From positions 722-64,721 of the forward strand of contig CANNQU010000009.1 of the NCBI GenBank assembly GCA_947507965.1: a stretch of 64,000 nt of DNA, given 5' to 3'. A program made the translations under genes and the position numbers. Below are positions 30,078 to 38,525 of the stretch, one piece after another. Below the pieces are notes generated by a model, which did no database searches, was not told the DNA's origin, and saw nothing but the letters and a program-made list of their open reading frames with translations. Numbering within the stretch: the first letter of the stretch is position 1; each line of letters opens with the position of its first letter. This stretch comes from Bacteroidota bacterium. Lineage in GTDB: Bacteria; Bacteroidota; Bacteroidia; UKL13-3.

Positions 30078-30830
30078 TTAATCAAAAAATTGTTTAACTT
30101 TAATATCCGTCGATTGGCATAGTTCGGCGTACGTTCCGGTGGCATAACAAATGCCGTCGATGAGCATAATAATTCGATTGGAGGTTAATTTCACACAGCT
30201 CATATCGTGTGAAATGATGATGGAGGACGTATTGTATTTTTTTTGAATCGCTAATATCAGGTTACTTATTTCTCTACTGGTAATTGGGTCGAGGCCTGTA
30301 GTAGGCTCATCGTATAGAATAATATTGGGCTTAAGAATTAGGGTACGTGCTAAGGCGATTCGTTTTCTCATCCCGCCTGAAAGTTCGGCCGGCATTTTAT
30401 CGATAGTATCTATTAGTCCTACATCGGTAAGCGCGTGCCGCACCAATTCGTTCACACTTTCCTTGGTTGTTTTTATCCAGTGTCTTCTTAAAGGAAATTC
30501 AAGATTTTCACGTACGGTCATCGAATCATAGAGGGCATTGCTTTGGAATAAGAAGCCTACTTTAACCCGGAGTTTATCCAATGCGTCGTGAGAAAGTTCC
30601 GGCACTTCATCACCCAATACTTTGATACTTCCTGCATCGGGTGCCAAGAGTCCGATGAGACATTTTATTAGAACGGATTTTCCCGAGCCCGATTTGCCTA
30701 ATACCACCAGGTTTTCACCTTGATGCAGTTCAAGGTGAAAATTGCGAAGCACATGATTCGCACCAAACGACTTTTTCAAGCCTTTAATCTGTATTACCGC
30801 AGGTTCATTGCTATTGTTATTGGAGGTCAT
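30078..30830 (-). CDS. ABC transporter ATP-binding protein, MlaF-like
   Basis: Walker A GKSGSGKS, signature LSGGMRKRIALAR, Walker B ILYDEPTTGLD. Confidence 0.9.
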   Translation of the reverse strand: MTSNNNSNEPAVIQIKGLKKSFGANHVLRNFHLELHQGENLVVLGKSGSGKSVLIKCLIGLLAPDAGSIKVLGDEVPELSHDALDKLRVKVGFLFQSNALYDSMTVRENLEFPLRRHWIKTTKESVNELVRHALTDVGLIDTIDKMPAELSGGMRKRIALARTLILKPNIILYDEPTTGLDPITSREISNLILAIQKKYNTSSIIISHDMSCVKLTSNRIIMLIDGICYATGTYAELCQSTDIKVKQFFD

Positions 30831-31609
30831 AAGATGCTTAGGATATCGCCAATCTGAGCGGCCATCAAATCAATAATAAATACAACAAAGATGGAGGTTA
30901 CCACGGCAGAATTAGCTGCCCTGCCTACCCCTTGCGTTCCATTGGTGGTTGAAAACCCTTTGAAACAACCAATTATACCAATAGCGAAGCCAAAAAAGAA
31001 GGCTTTAATGATAGAGGGTAAAACATCTCCAAAGCTAAGCGATTCAAAAACCTGGTTACTGAAAAGATGGAAACTCACCACCTGTTTCATATTCACTCCC
31101 AAAAAAGCGCCATAGAGTGCGATGGTATCGCTTAGAATGATTAAAAGAGGAATCATCAATATGGCGGCGAAAACGCGTGTTACCACGAGATACTTAAATG
31201 GGTTGGTACCCGACACCTCCATGGCATCGATTTGTTCCGTTACTTTCATCGAGCCAAGCTCTGCACCCATGCTGGAACCTATTTTCCCAGCGCAAATCAA
31301 AGCGGTTATTACCGGTACAATTTCTCTTACCAATGAAACAGCAACTACCGAAGGCAACCACGACTCCGCACCAAAGGCCTGCAAGGAAGGCTGCGATTGA
31401 ATGGTAATAACCAAGCCCATAATTAAGCCGGTGATGGCTACCAGTGGGAGTGTCTTATTTCCGATGTTAAAACATTGTCTGCTGAATTCGGCAAATTCAT
31501 ATCTAGGCTTAAATCCTTCCCGAAAGAACCGAAGCATAAAGCGAGATAACTCGCCGATCTCATTTAAGAAATTATCTAGCACATTCGAAGTCATAGCTAT
31601 TATAGACAC
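30827..31609 (-). CDS. ABC transporter permease, MlaE-like
   Basis: 260 aa polytopic protein with the conserved MlaE region ...MKVTEQIDAMEV.G.NP..YLVVTRV... Overlaps the ATPase start by 4 nt. Confidence 0.85.
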   Translation of the reverse strand: MSIIAMTSNVLDNFLNEIGELSRFMLRFFREGFKPRYEFAEFSRQCFNIGNKTLPLVAITGLIMGLVITIQSQPSLQAFGAESWLPSVVAVSLVREIVPVITALICAGKIGSSMGAELGSMKVTEQIDAMEVSGTNPFKYLVVTRVFAAILMIPLLIILSDTIALYGAFLGVNMKQVVSFHLFSNQVFESLSFGDVLPSIIKAFFFGFAIGIIGCFKGFSTTNGTQGVGRAANSAVVTSIFVVFIIDLMAAQIGDILSIL

Positions 31610-32412
31610 TAATCGTGAAGAGCCATTACCGGTACTTTGGCTGTAAAGGCAACACGTTGGGTATTGGATTCGGAAAACAGGTTATAAAAAGCACCATGTT
31701 TTTTGCTTAGAATGGTAATTAAATCGATGTTCCCCTCCAAACAATATTTTTTAATTCCACGCTGAAGGTCTTTTGCCTGAATGGATTCTATCGGCTTCTT
31801 CTCGCCATTTATTTTCAGCTCTCGAAGTAGTGGATCGAAAACCTCTTCTTTTGTTCTTACATGTAAAACATTCAGGCGTGCTTTGGATTGGGATAGAAAA
31901 TTCTCAAAGTCTTCAAACGATGCATTCTGTAGTTTTTCATTATTATCAACCGCCAATAATACTTTCGATAAGTGATGTTCTTTGTAATTTTTGGGTACAA
32001 TAATAACAGGGGTTTTTATTTTACCAATGATATTCAGCCCATGACTACCATAAATAAACTTAGCTATCTGGGTCTTCGCTTCTAAACCCATAACCGCTGC
32101 TTCGACCTGATGTATTTTGGTGAAATTCTCCAGCTCTTGCCTAAAAGAGCCGCTGGTAACAAACGGACTGATTTTTACTTTTGGAAAGTGTTTTTGTAAT
32201 TCTATCGTTAAATGGTCGATATTTTTTTCACTTAGTAGTCGCTGGGAGGTATATGATATTCCATATAAGCCGGTATTTGAATGCATAATTGGAGCTTCAA
32301 ATAGGTTAAAGAGCACAAGCTTACAATTTAATATTTGCGCTAAGAAGGCGGCGTATTGACAGGCATTTAGCGACGATTGGCTAAAATCGGTTCCAGCAAT
32401 GATCGTTTTCAT
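31609..32412 (-). CDS. Universal stress protein, tandem UspA domains
   Basis: 267 aa. MKTIIAGTDFSQSS... and a second Usp half KVLLAVDNNE... Confidence 0.85.
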   Translation of the reverse strand: MKTIIAGTDFSQSSLNACQYAAFLAQILNCKLVLFNLFEAPIMHSNTGLYGISYTSQRLLSEKNIDHLTIELQKHFPKVKISPFVTSGSFRQELENFTKIHQVEAAVMGLEAKTQIAKFIYGSHGLNIIGKIKTPVIIVPKNYKEHHLSKVLLAVDNNEKLQNASFEDFENFLSQSKARLNVLHVRTKEEVFDPLLRELKINGEKKPIESIQAKDLQRGIKKYCLEGNIDLITILSKKHGAFYNLFSESNTQRVAFTAKVPVMALHD

Positions 32413-32495
32413 GATGATTTTTTGAATAGTTAAATTTTAAAATCGACATTTAATAAAAAGGCTGGCCGAAGTGAGACGTTATGCGCTGGTAATTC

Positions 32496-32873
32496 TTAGT
32501 TGCTAAGCTCCTCGCCTTGTTTGTTCTGTTCTTCTAAAGTCCAGTTATGGGTGAGTGTTGTTTCGAGCCATGCTTTCCCCGATTTCCGGTAAACCAGGAC
32601 ACCTAATCCGTAAGTATCACGAAATTTTTGATCCAAATTTTCTACGGTCATCGATGGGTTGATGCAAATTTCCGCCTCTAGTAGATCTTCTTTAAATTCT
32701 CCTAAGGTTTTACTGTCATACTTTAAAAATTTCAAGGTAGAGGCACTATTGGGGAGGTTTGGTTTGAGGAAAAATTCCAGCTTTAAATACGGAAAAACAG
32801 TATTAAACTCCTCCTTCACGGCAGATATCTTCCGGTGAGCATAAACCATTATTTGTAGGATGTCATTTTTCAT
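32496..32873 (-). CDS. Hypothetical protein (125 aa)
   Basis: ORF only, no recognisable motif. Confidence 0.4.
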   Translation of the reverse strand: MKNDILQIMVYAHRKISAVKEEFNTVFPYLKLEFFLKPNLPNSASTLKFLKYDSKTLGEFKEDLLEAEICINPSMTVENLDQKFRDTYGLGVLVYRKSGKAWLETTLTHNWTLEEQNKQGEELSN

Positions 32874-33282
32874 TATTTTAACTCATTCAATGATAAACAC
32901 AACCCAATAAAGGCCCCCGAAAAAGCAGCTTTTGAATTATTTAAGAGGTGTCTATTGATTGTCGATAACATTTTCTTTATTTAGCTAAACTTAGGGCATC
33001 CCCTTAAAGTGATTTCAGGGGTATTTAATGCGAATTGCCGAGACGCAGTAAATACCCTAGTTTAATAGTAACAAAAGTATAGTTTCAAATTGGACTACTG
33101 AATGATGATGGTCAGCAAAAGATATGATTATTATCAGTATTTATGCATTCTTGTGAAAAGCATCTGATTTTAAAATCCGTAATCAGGATTCCATTCAGCG
33201 TGTTCTTTTAAAAAAAAGGAAGCGATTATTTTGGGCCGTAAATTTGCTACAAATATGCAATCATGGGTGTTGTAGCAGGATG

Positions 33283-34341
33283 TTAATTTTTCATCTCGGC
33301 CAATTTATCATAGTCAAGGATGGTTATTTTCCCTCCGGTGACATCAATAAATTTTTCTTCTTTAAAATCGCTTAGTGTTCGTATTACGGTTTCCGTGGCG
33401 GTACCAACAAGGTTGGCAAGATCTTCTCTTGATACGTTCATACTGAAAACCTTCTCTCCGGTTTTCTTGTATTTATTAGAGAGTTTTACGAGTGCTTCGG
33501 CAACTCTTTTTCGCACCGAATTATACGCCAACTTGATGAGTTGCCTCTCATTTTCGCGTAAATTATTAGAAAGTATTTCAATGAACTTCTTCGAAACGCC
33601 GTGATTGAGGTATAGGAGGGAGAAGAAGTCTTCCTTTGGGAGCATGTAAATTTCCGAATCTTCTAATGTTGTTGCCGATCCTGAATGCTTTTCTTCTTGC
33701 AACAAGGATAAGTATCCAAAAAAATCGCCTTCATTGTGTAGCGCTGTAATAAGTTCTTTTCCTGCTTCGTTGGTTTGGTATATTTTTACCTTTCCTTTGC
33801 TTACAAAATAAATTCCTCGTGGATAGCTTCCTTCTTTGTAGATGTCATCTTTCTTTCGATAGAGCCTTAACTCATGTTCCTCAGAGAGTTTTTTTAGGGA
33901 TTCTATTCCTTTGGCTTCTGCAAGAAAACTGTTGATACCGTCTAAGTTTTTAGTGAAGACATTCTTTAAGATATCATTTTTCTTTAATCGGCTTTCAATG
34001 GCATTGAGTAACTCCACATCGTCAAAAGGCTTCGTCAAATAATCATCAGCCCCCATCTCCATTCCTTTTCTAAGATCGCTCCGCTCGGCTTTTGCTGTTA
34101 AAAATATAAATGGGATACTGGAGGTGTCTTCGTTTTTTGCCAATAAATGTAAAACCCCATAGCCGTCGAGTACCGGCATCATAATATCGCAGATGATTAA
34201 ATCGGGGCTCTCTTTCTGAGCTAACTCCACGCCTTCTTTGCCGTTACTGGCGGTTAGAACATGATACTGTGCCAACTTAAGAATTTCGGCGGTGTTTTCA
34301 CGTACATCAGCATTGTCTTCTATTAAAAGAATTTTTTTCAT
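33283..34341 (-). CDS. Hybrid transcriptional regulator: N-terminal response-regulator receiver domain fused to a cNMP-binding domain and a Crp/Fnr-type HTH
   Basis: REC: KILLIEDNADVRENTAEIL...DLIICDIMMPVLDGYGV...TAKAE (phospho-acceptor Asp context). cNMP-binding beta-roll: YKEGSYPRGIYFVSKGKVKIY...GDFFGYLSLL. C-terminal HTH: SREDLANLVGTATETVIRTLSDF. Confidence 0.85.
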   Translation of the reverse strand: MKKILLIEDNADVRENTAEILKLAQYHVLTASNGKEGVELAQKESPDLIICDIMMPVLDGYGVLHLLAKNEDTSSIPFIFLTAKAERSDLRKGMEMGADDYLTKPFDDVELLNAIESRLKKNDILKNVFTKNLDGINSFLAEAKGIESLKKLSEEHELRLYRKKDDIYKEGSYPRGIYFVSKGKVKIYQTNEAGKELITALHNEGDFFGYLSLLQEEKHSGSATTLEDSEIYMLPKEDFFSLLYLNHGVSKKFIEILSNNLRENERQLIKLAYNSVRKRVAEALVKLSNKYKKTGEKVFSMNVSREDLANLVGTATETVIRTLSDFKEEKFIDVTGGKITILDYDKLAEMKN

Positions 34342-34344
34342 GCG

Positions 34345-35526
34345 TTACTGCGGGATTATGATGGTAAATATGGTTCCTATATTTTGTGTGCTTTGAAAGT
34401 CAACTGATCCATTCATCTGTTCGGCATATTTTGCTACGATATGTAAACCCAAGCCGGTGCCTTGTATGTGTGCTGCATTATGACCTCGGAAAAAGCGTTC
34501 AAACAAATGTTTTTGATCTTCTTGTGAAATCCCTATCCCGTTATCTTTAACTGAAATTCTTACGGTCGAGTTGATTACATGTGCTGCGATTTCAATTTCT
34601 CCATTTTCTTTTGAAAACTTAATGGCGTTAGAAATAAAGTTAAATAAAATATTTTTCAAGATTTTTTTATCAAGAGAAACAATTTCACTTCCGGTATGCA
34701 GATGAGTGAAATTTTGTCCTTCCTTTGCTAAGGAATGCATCTCTGAGATGATCTCGGTGATATATACTTTCAGGTTCATCTCTTCCGGCATATTTTCAAT
34801 TTTGCCCTCTTCCAGTTTTCCTACTGAAAGCAAGTCATTTAAAATATCGGTAAGATTATTGATGGAAGTTTTTATTTTATTTACATGCTTCGTTTGATTT
34901 ACTTTGTCGTTATGCTCTCCATATTTGGTGACTAATGAAAGTGACGACATCATGGTGGTAAGTGGCGTCCTGAATTCATGCGAGGCCATGGAAACAAACC
35001 GTGATTTTAATTCATTTAGTTCTTTTTCTTTGTTCAAGGCATTGAATAATTCTTTTTTTGTTTTTTCCAGTTCTTGAATTGCCTCTTCCAAAATAAGGGT
35101 CCTATTTTTTACGTGTTTCTCGAGTTCTGTTGAATAGTTTTTAAGTTTTTCTTTTGCTTGTATAGCCAAGGTAATATCCACTATAAAGGCAATCACGAAT
35201 TTTCCCTCTAAGGTGGTATAAGGGCTTAAACTTATTTCAACCGGGAATTCGGTTCCGTCTTTTTTTAATCCGAAGAGGTCGCTGCTTGCTCCCATAGAGC
35301 GTGGGTGAGGGTTTCTATTAAAGCGCTCAATATGTTCGGGATGCTTCTCTACTACTCGTTTTGGAACCAGCACCTCAATTTTTTTACCGATTAGCTCACC
35401 TTCACCATAACCGAAGAGTTTTTCTGCGCTCGGGTTAATCTGAATGATTTCTCGGCGTTCATTGGTCACTAAAATGCCTTCGGTAGCATAAAAGAAGAGT
35501 ACATCGTTGCTTGCTGAAACTGTCAT
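34345..35526 (-). CDS. Cytoplasmic PAS-domain sensor histidine kinase (PAS + HisKA + HATPase_c). No TM segments.
   Basis: PAS: GILVTNERREIIQINPSAEKLFGY. H-box: SMASHEFRTPLTT. N/G boxes: NAIKFS...DNGIGI...GTGLGL. 3-nt gap to the downstream regulator gene. Confidence 0.85.
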   Translation of the reverse strand: MTVSASNDVLFFYATEGILVTNERREIIQINPSAEKLFGYGEGELIGKKIEVLVPKRVVEKHPEHIERFNRNPHPRSMGASSDLFGLKKDGTEFPVEISLSPYTTLEGKFVIAFIVDITLAIQAKEKLKNYSTELEKHVKNRTLILEEAIQELEKTKKELFNALNKEKELNELKSRFVSMASHEFRTPLTTMMSSLSLVTKYGEHNDKVNQTKHVNKIKTSINNLTDILNDLLSVGKLEEGKIENMPEEMNLKVYITEIISEMHSLAKEGQNFTHLHTGSEIVSLDKKILKNILFNFISNAIKFSKENGEIEIAAHVINSTVRISVKDNGIGISQEDQKHLFERFFRGHNAAHIQGTGLGLHIVAKYAEQMNGSVDFQSTQNIGTIFTIIIPQ

Positions 35527-35771
35527 CTTAGAAGATATAATCTAATGCACAAATTTAAACGATTTAATTCAATGGAGAACATTATAATTATGCATCTATG
35601 AGTGCAAATATAGGTTTGTTAAGCCAAGGCTGCATGGGTGAATAAATGATCTGGTTTTAGGCGCAAATATAAATTGTTTTAAGATCTTGATTTGGTTGAA
35701 ATCAAAGAAATGGAATGTTTTCAATATTAACGAATTTGTTTTCTACTTTCGCAGTAACAAATTAGTATCTC

Positions 35772-36542
35772 TTGAAAGTTCAACCGAAGAAACATTTAGG
35801 GCAGCATTTTTTAAAGAATGAAGCTATTGCTCAAGCTATTGCACAGAGTCTTTTATGCCGCCTCCCGTATAAAAAAGTGTTGGAGATAGGAGCCGGAATG
35901 GGTGTACTCACCAAGTATTTATTAGAAGACCAGCGTTTTGAAACCTGGGTAGTGGAAATTGATAGGGAGAGCATTTTGTACCTACAAGCGCATTATCTGC
36001 CGATTACTTCACGCCTTTTAGAACAAGATTTTTTATGGATGGATTTGCAGAAGTTTTCAAACGAACCGTTTGCCATTATCGGGAATTTTCCATACAATAT
36101 TTCCTCTCAAATTTTATTTAAGGCACTTGAGAATAAAAATGTGGTGTGTGAAGTGGTGGGTATGTTTCAAAAGGAAGTGGCACAGCGGATTGCCTCTCCT
36201 CCGGGAAGCAAGGAGTACGGCATTTTAAGTGTCTTGCTTCAAGCATTTTATGATATTGAATATTTATTTACGGTTGGTGAGAATGAGTTTATACCTCCCC
36301 CAAAAGTAAAAAGCGGAGTCATCCGATTGATAAGAAATGCAACGGATACGCTGCCATGTGATGAAGTGAAATTTAAACTAGTGGTAAAAACAGGGTTCAA
36401 TCAACGTCGCAAAACGTTACGTAATGCCCTTCAATCGTTGGTAAATGATAAGAGTATCTTATCTCACGAAATTTATTCTAAGCGGGCTGAGCAGTTAAAG
36501 GTGTCTGATTTTGTATGGATTACTCAACAATTATATTCCTAA
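35772..36542 (+). CDS. rsmA: 16S rRNA (adenine1518/1519-N6)-dimethyltransferase
   Basis: 256 aa. PKKHLGQHFL start, SAM-binding VLEIGAGMGVLT, and the NFPYNISS motif of KsgA/RsmA. Confidence 0.9.
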   Translation: MKVQPKKHLGQHFLKNEAIAQAIAQSLLCRLPYKKVLEIGAGMGVLTKYLLEDQRFETWVVEIDRESILYLQAHYLPITSRLLEQDFLWMDLQKFSNEPFAIIGNFPYNISSQILFKALENKNVVCEVVGMFQKEVAQRIASPPGSKEYGILSVLLQAFYDIEYLFTVGENEFIPPPKVKSGVIRLIRNATDTLPCDEVKFKLVVKTGFNQRRKTLRNALQSLVNDKSILSHEIYSKRAEQLKVSDFVWITQQLYS

Positions 36543-36604
36543 AATGTCGTCACAATGTAGATGCAATTTTACAGGTATCGATAACCCCAAAAATCAGGAA
36601 TTCA

Positions 36605-37639
36605 TTAGGCCTCATGGTAGAATAACATTCCATCATTTATTATCGTATTTTCTTTGAAGTTGTTACGGTAGAGTGTTCCTGTGCCCAAGCCCTGAGGAAG
36701 TGTAACTCGAAAGGTTCCAGCATATTGTGCGATGGCATTAAGGCCAATATTGCTTTCCAAAGCGGAGGTAAGCCACCAACCTACCTGGTTTTTGGAGGCT
36801 GCCCGAATCCAGCGGTTACAGTTTTTAAAACCACCAAGTAAGGTAGGTTTTAAAATAATAAACTGGGGTCTGATATATTTCAATAGTCCTTCACTATTCT
36901 CCGTCGCATCCATTCCAATAAGTTCTTCATCCAATGCAATAGGTATTTTCGTTTCTGCGCAGAGTTGTTGCATGGCATCGTATTGCTTCGATTTAATGGG
37001 TTGTTCGATACTGTGTAGTTCAAATTGGAATAAGTCGTGGAGCTTTTGTTTGGCGTCGTCAATGGCAAAGGCTCCATTGGCATCAACTCGTAAGGTAATT
37101 TTATGAGCGCTATGTATTTTTCTAACCCGTTCAAGTAAGCGGCATTCTTCATCAAAATCGAGTGCTCCAATTTTCAATTTTATGCACGTATAGCCAGCTT
37201 CTATCTTGCTTTCTATTTGCTTCCACATATTCTCCTTGTCGGCCATCCACACTAATCCGTTGATGGGGATCCCTTCTTTTTTTTCGGTAAATGCAGAAGG
37301 AAAAAGGAGGTTTGGCTCTTTATACTTTAGTTTTTCGAAGGCACATTCTAAAGCAAATTGTATCGACGGAAAATGCTGTAACTGCAAGGCGTAATTAATT
37401 TCATGCCTATCATTTTGCTCGTTCAGATAGGAACAAACATCGAGCATTTTCTCTTCCATTTTTGGCATGGGATCGATACTTAAATCGGGCAGGGGAGAAG
37501 CCTCTGCGAGAGCGTTAGAAACACCATCGGAAACCGTTAAAAGATAAACCTCTTTGTGAGTATAACTTCCGCGGCTCGTTTGTGCCGGTATTTTAAATTC
37601 CAATAAATGTTTTTTAAAGGTGGCCTGCATGGGGCGCAA
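36605..37639 (-). CDS. Enolase-superfamily enzyme, probably o-succinylbenzoate synthase (MenC-like)
   Basis: 344 aa. KLKIG (K-x-K), RVDANGAF, IEQP, ALDEE metal-ligand pattern typical of MLE-subgroup enolase-superfamily members. MenC-like size. Confidence 0.6.
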   Translation of the reverse strand: MRPMQATFKKHLLEFKIPAQTSRGSYTHKEVYLLTVSDGVSNALAEASPLPDLSIDPMPKMEEKMLDVCSYLNEQNDRHEINYALQLQHFPSIQFALECAFEKLKYKEPNLLFPSAFTEKKEGIPINGLVWMADKENMWKQIESKIEAGYTCIKLKIGALDFDEECRLLERVRKIHSAHKITLRVDANGAFAIDDAKQKLHDLFQFELHSIEQPIKSKQYDAMQQLCAETKIPIALDEELIGMDATENSEGLLKYIRPQFIILKPTLLGGFKNCNRWIRAASKNQVGWWLTSALESNIGLNAIAQYAGTFRVTLPQGLGTGTLYRNNFKENTIINDGMLFYHEA

Positions 37640-37718
37640 AAGTAACGTAAACCAAGTGGAGTAGTGCTATCTGAAATTCAATCTATTTCCAACTTACCAC
37701 CGGTTAATCAACCGCTAA

Positions 37719-38357
37719 TTACAATAATTCGGAAGTCGGATGCTCATCATTCTCTTCACTGGGTGAAAAGATATTTTCATCGAGTGTAGGTGAAATAAGC
37801 ACGATGTCATCGACTACGATTTCCATAACGGGGGGTGTAACTTCAATTATAGCAATAGGAGGGATAGCCACTATGGGGAGCTTCTTCGGCGTGGGACGTT
37901 TCTTTGGTATCGAGGCTACTGGCTTTGTAACGACTTTTTTTACTGCAGGCTTTTGGATTGCTATTTTCTTTGGTGCCACTTTGGCTTTCACTACAGGCTT
38001 TTTAGGGGCCGCTTTTTTCACCACGACTTTTTTCACTACGACTTTCTTTTTCGCCACTTTTTTAGGAGCCACTTTCTTTTTCACCACAATCTTCTTAGGT
38101 ACAGCTTTTTTCACCACCTTTTTCACCACCACTTTTTTTACGATCGTCTTTTTTGGTGCTGCTTTTTTAATTACTGTTTTTTTTACTACAACTTTCTTTT
38201 TCACTACTTTTTTAGGCGTTAGCTTGGCTTTCACTGCCGACTTCTTAGGTGCTGCTTTTTTCGCCACTACCTTCTTTTTCGCCACTACCTTTTTAGGAGT
38301 TGCCTTTTTTGTTACTGCTTTTTTTGCTGGATTTTTTTTAGTTTTTTGAGTAGCCAT
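37719..38357 (-). CDS. Histone H1-like basic protein: Lys/Ala/Val-rich tandem repeats ([14 protein letters not shown]) with an acidic, proline-rich C-terminal tail
   Basis: 212 aa, ~35% Lys. Repeats [14 protein letters not shown] across 150 aa; the tail ...[20 protein letters not shown] is acidic. Mirror-strand ORFs (37804-38349 +, 37953-38222 +) are artefacts of the low-complexity repeat. Confidence 0.7.
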   Translation of the reverse strand: MATQKTKKNPAKKAVTKKATPKKVVAKKKVVAKKAAPKKSAVKAKLTPKKVVKKKVVVKKTVIKKAAPKKTIVKKVVVKKVVKKAVPKKIVVKKKVAPKKVAKKKVVVKKVVVKKAAPKKPVVKAKVAPKKIAIQKPAVKKVVTKPVASIPKKRPTPKKLPIVAIPPIAIIEVTPPVMEIVVDDIVLISPTLDENIFSPSEENDEHPTSELL

Positions 38358-38525
38358 TTTAGGTTGTCGTTAATATGACAATACAAAATTAATAGATGTT
38401 CTAAAATTATACAAATTCTTTTTTGGAAATTATAGTTAGATGTGATACGAAGATGTTCGACACTTCAGAATACAAATTCTACTTCGTCCAACTTTGTTCA
38501 TTTCTAAAATAAGGTAGTTTCCGTT

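Noticed and set aside
30078-30145. 68-nt overlap between the MCE ORF (ATG at 30145) and the MlaF-like ATPase gene
   Set aside because: The overlap is resolved by using the internal Met (30073) that immediately precedes the TM anchor. The extended N-terminus has no signal or TM character.
37804-38349. 181-aa and 89-aa plus-strand ORFs rich in Phe/Thr
   Set aside because: Mirror-strand artefacts of the Lys/Ala/Val codon repeat of the histone H1-like gene. Poly-Phe/Thr low-complexity translation with no start context.
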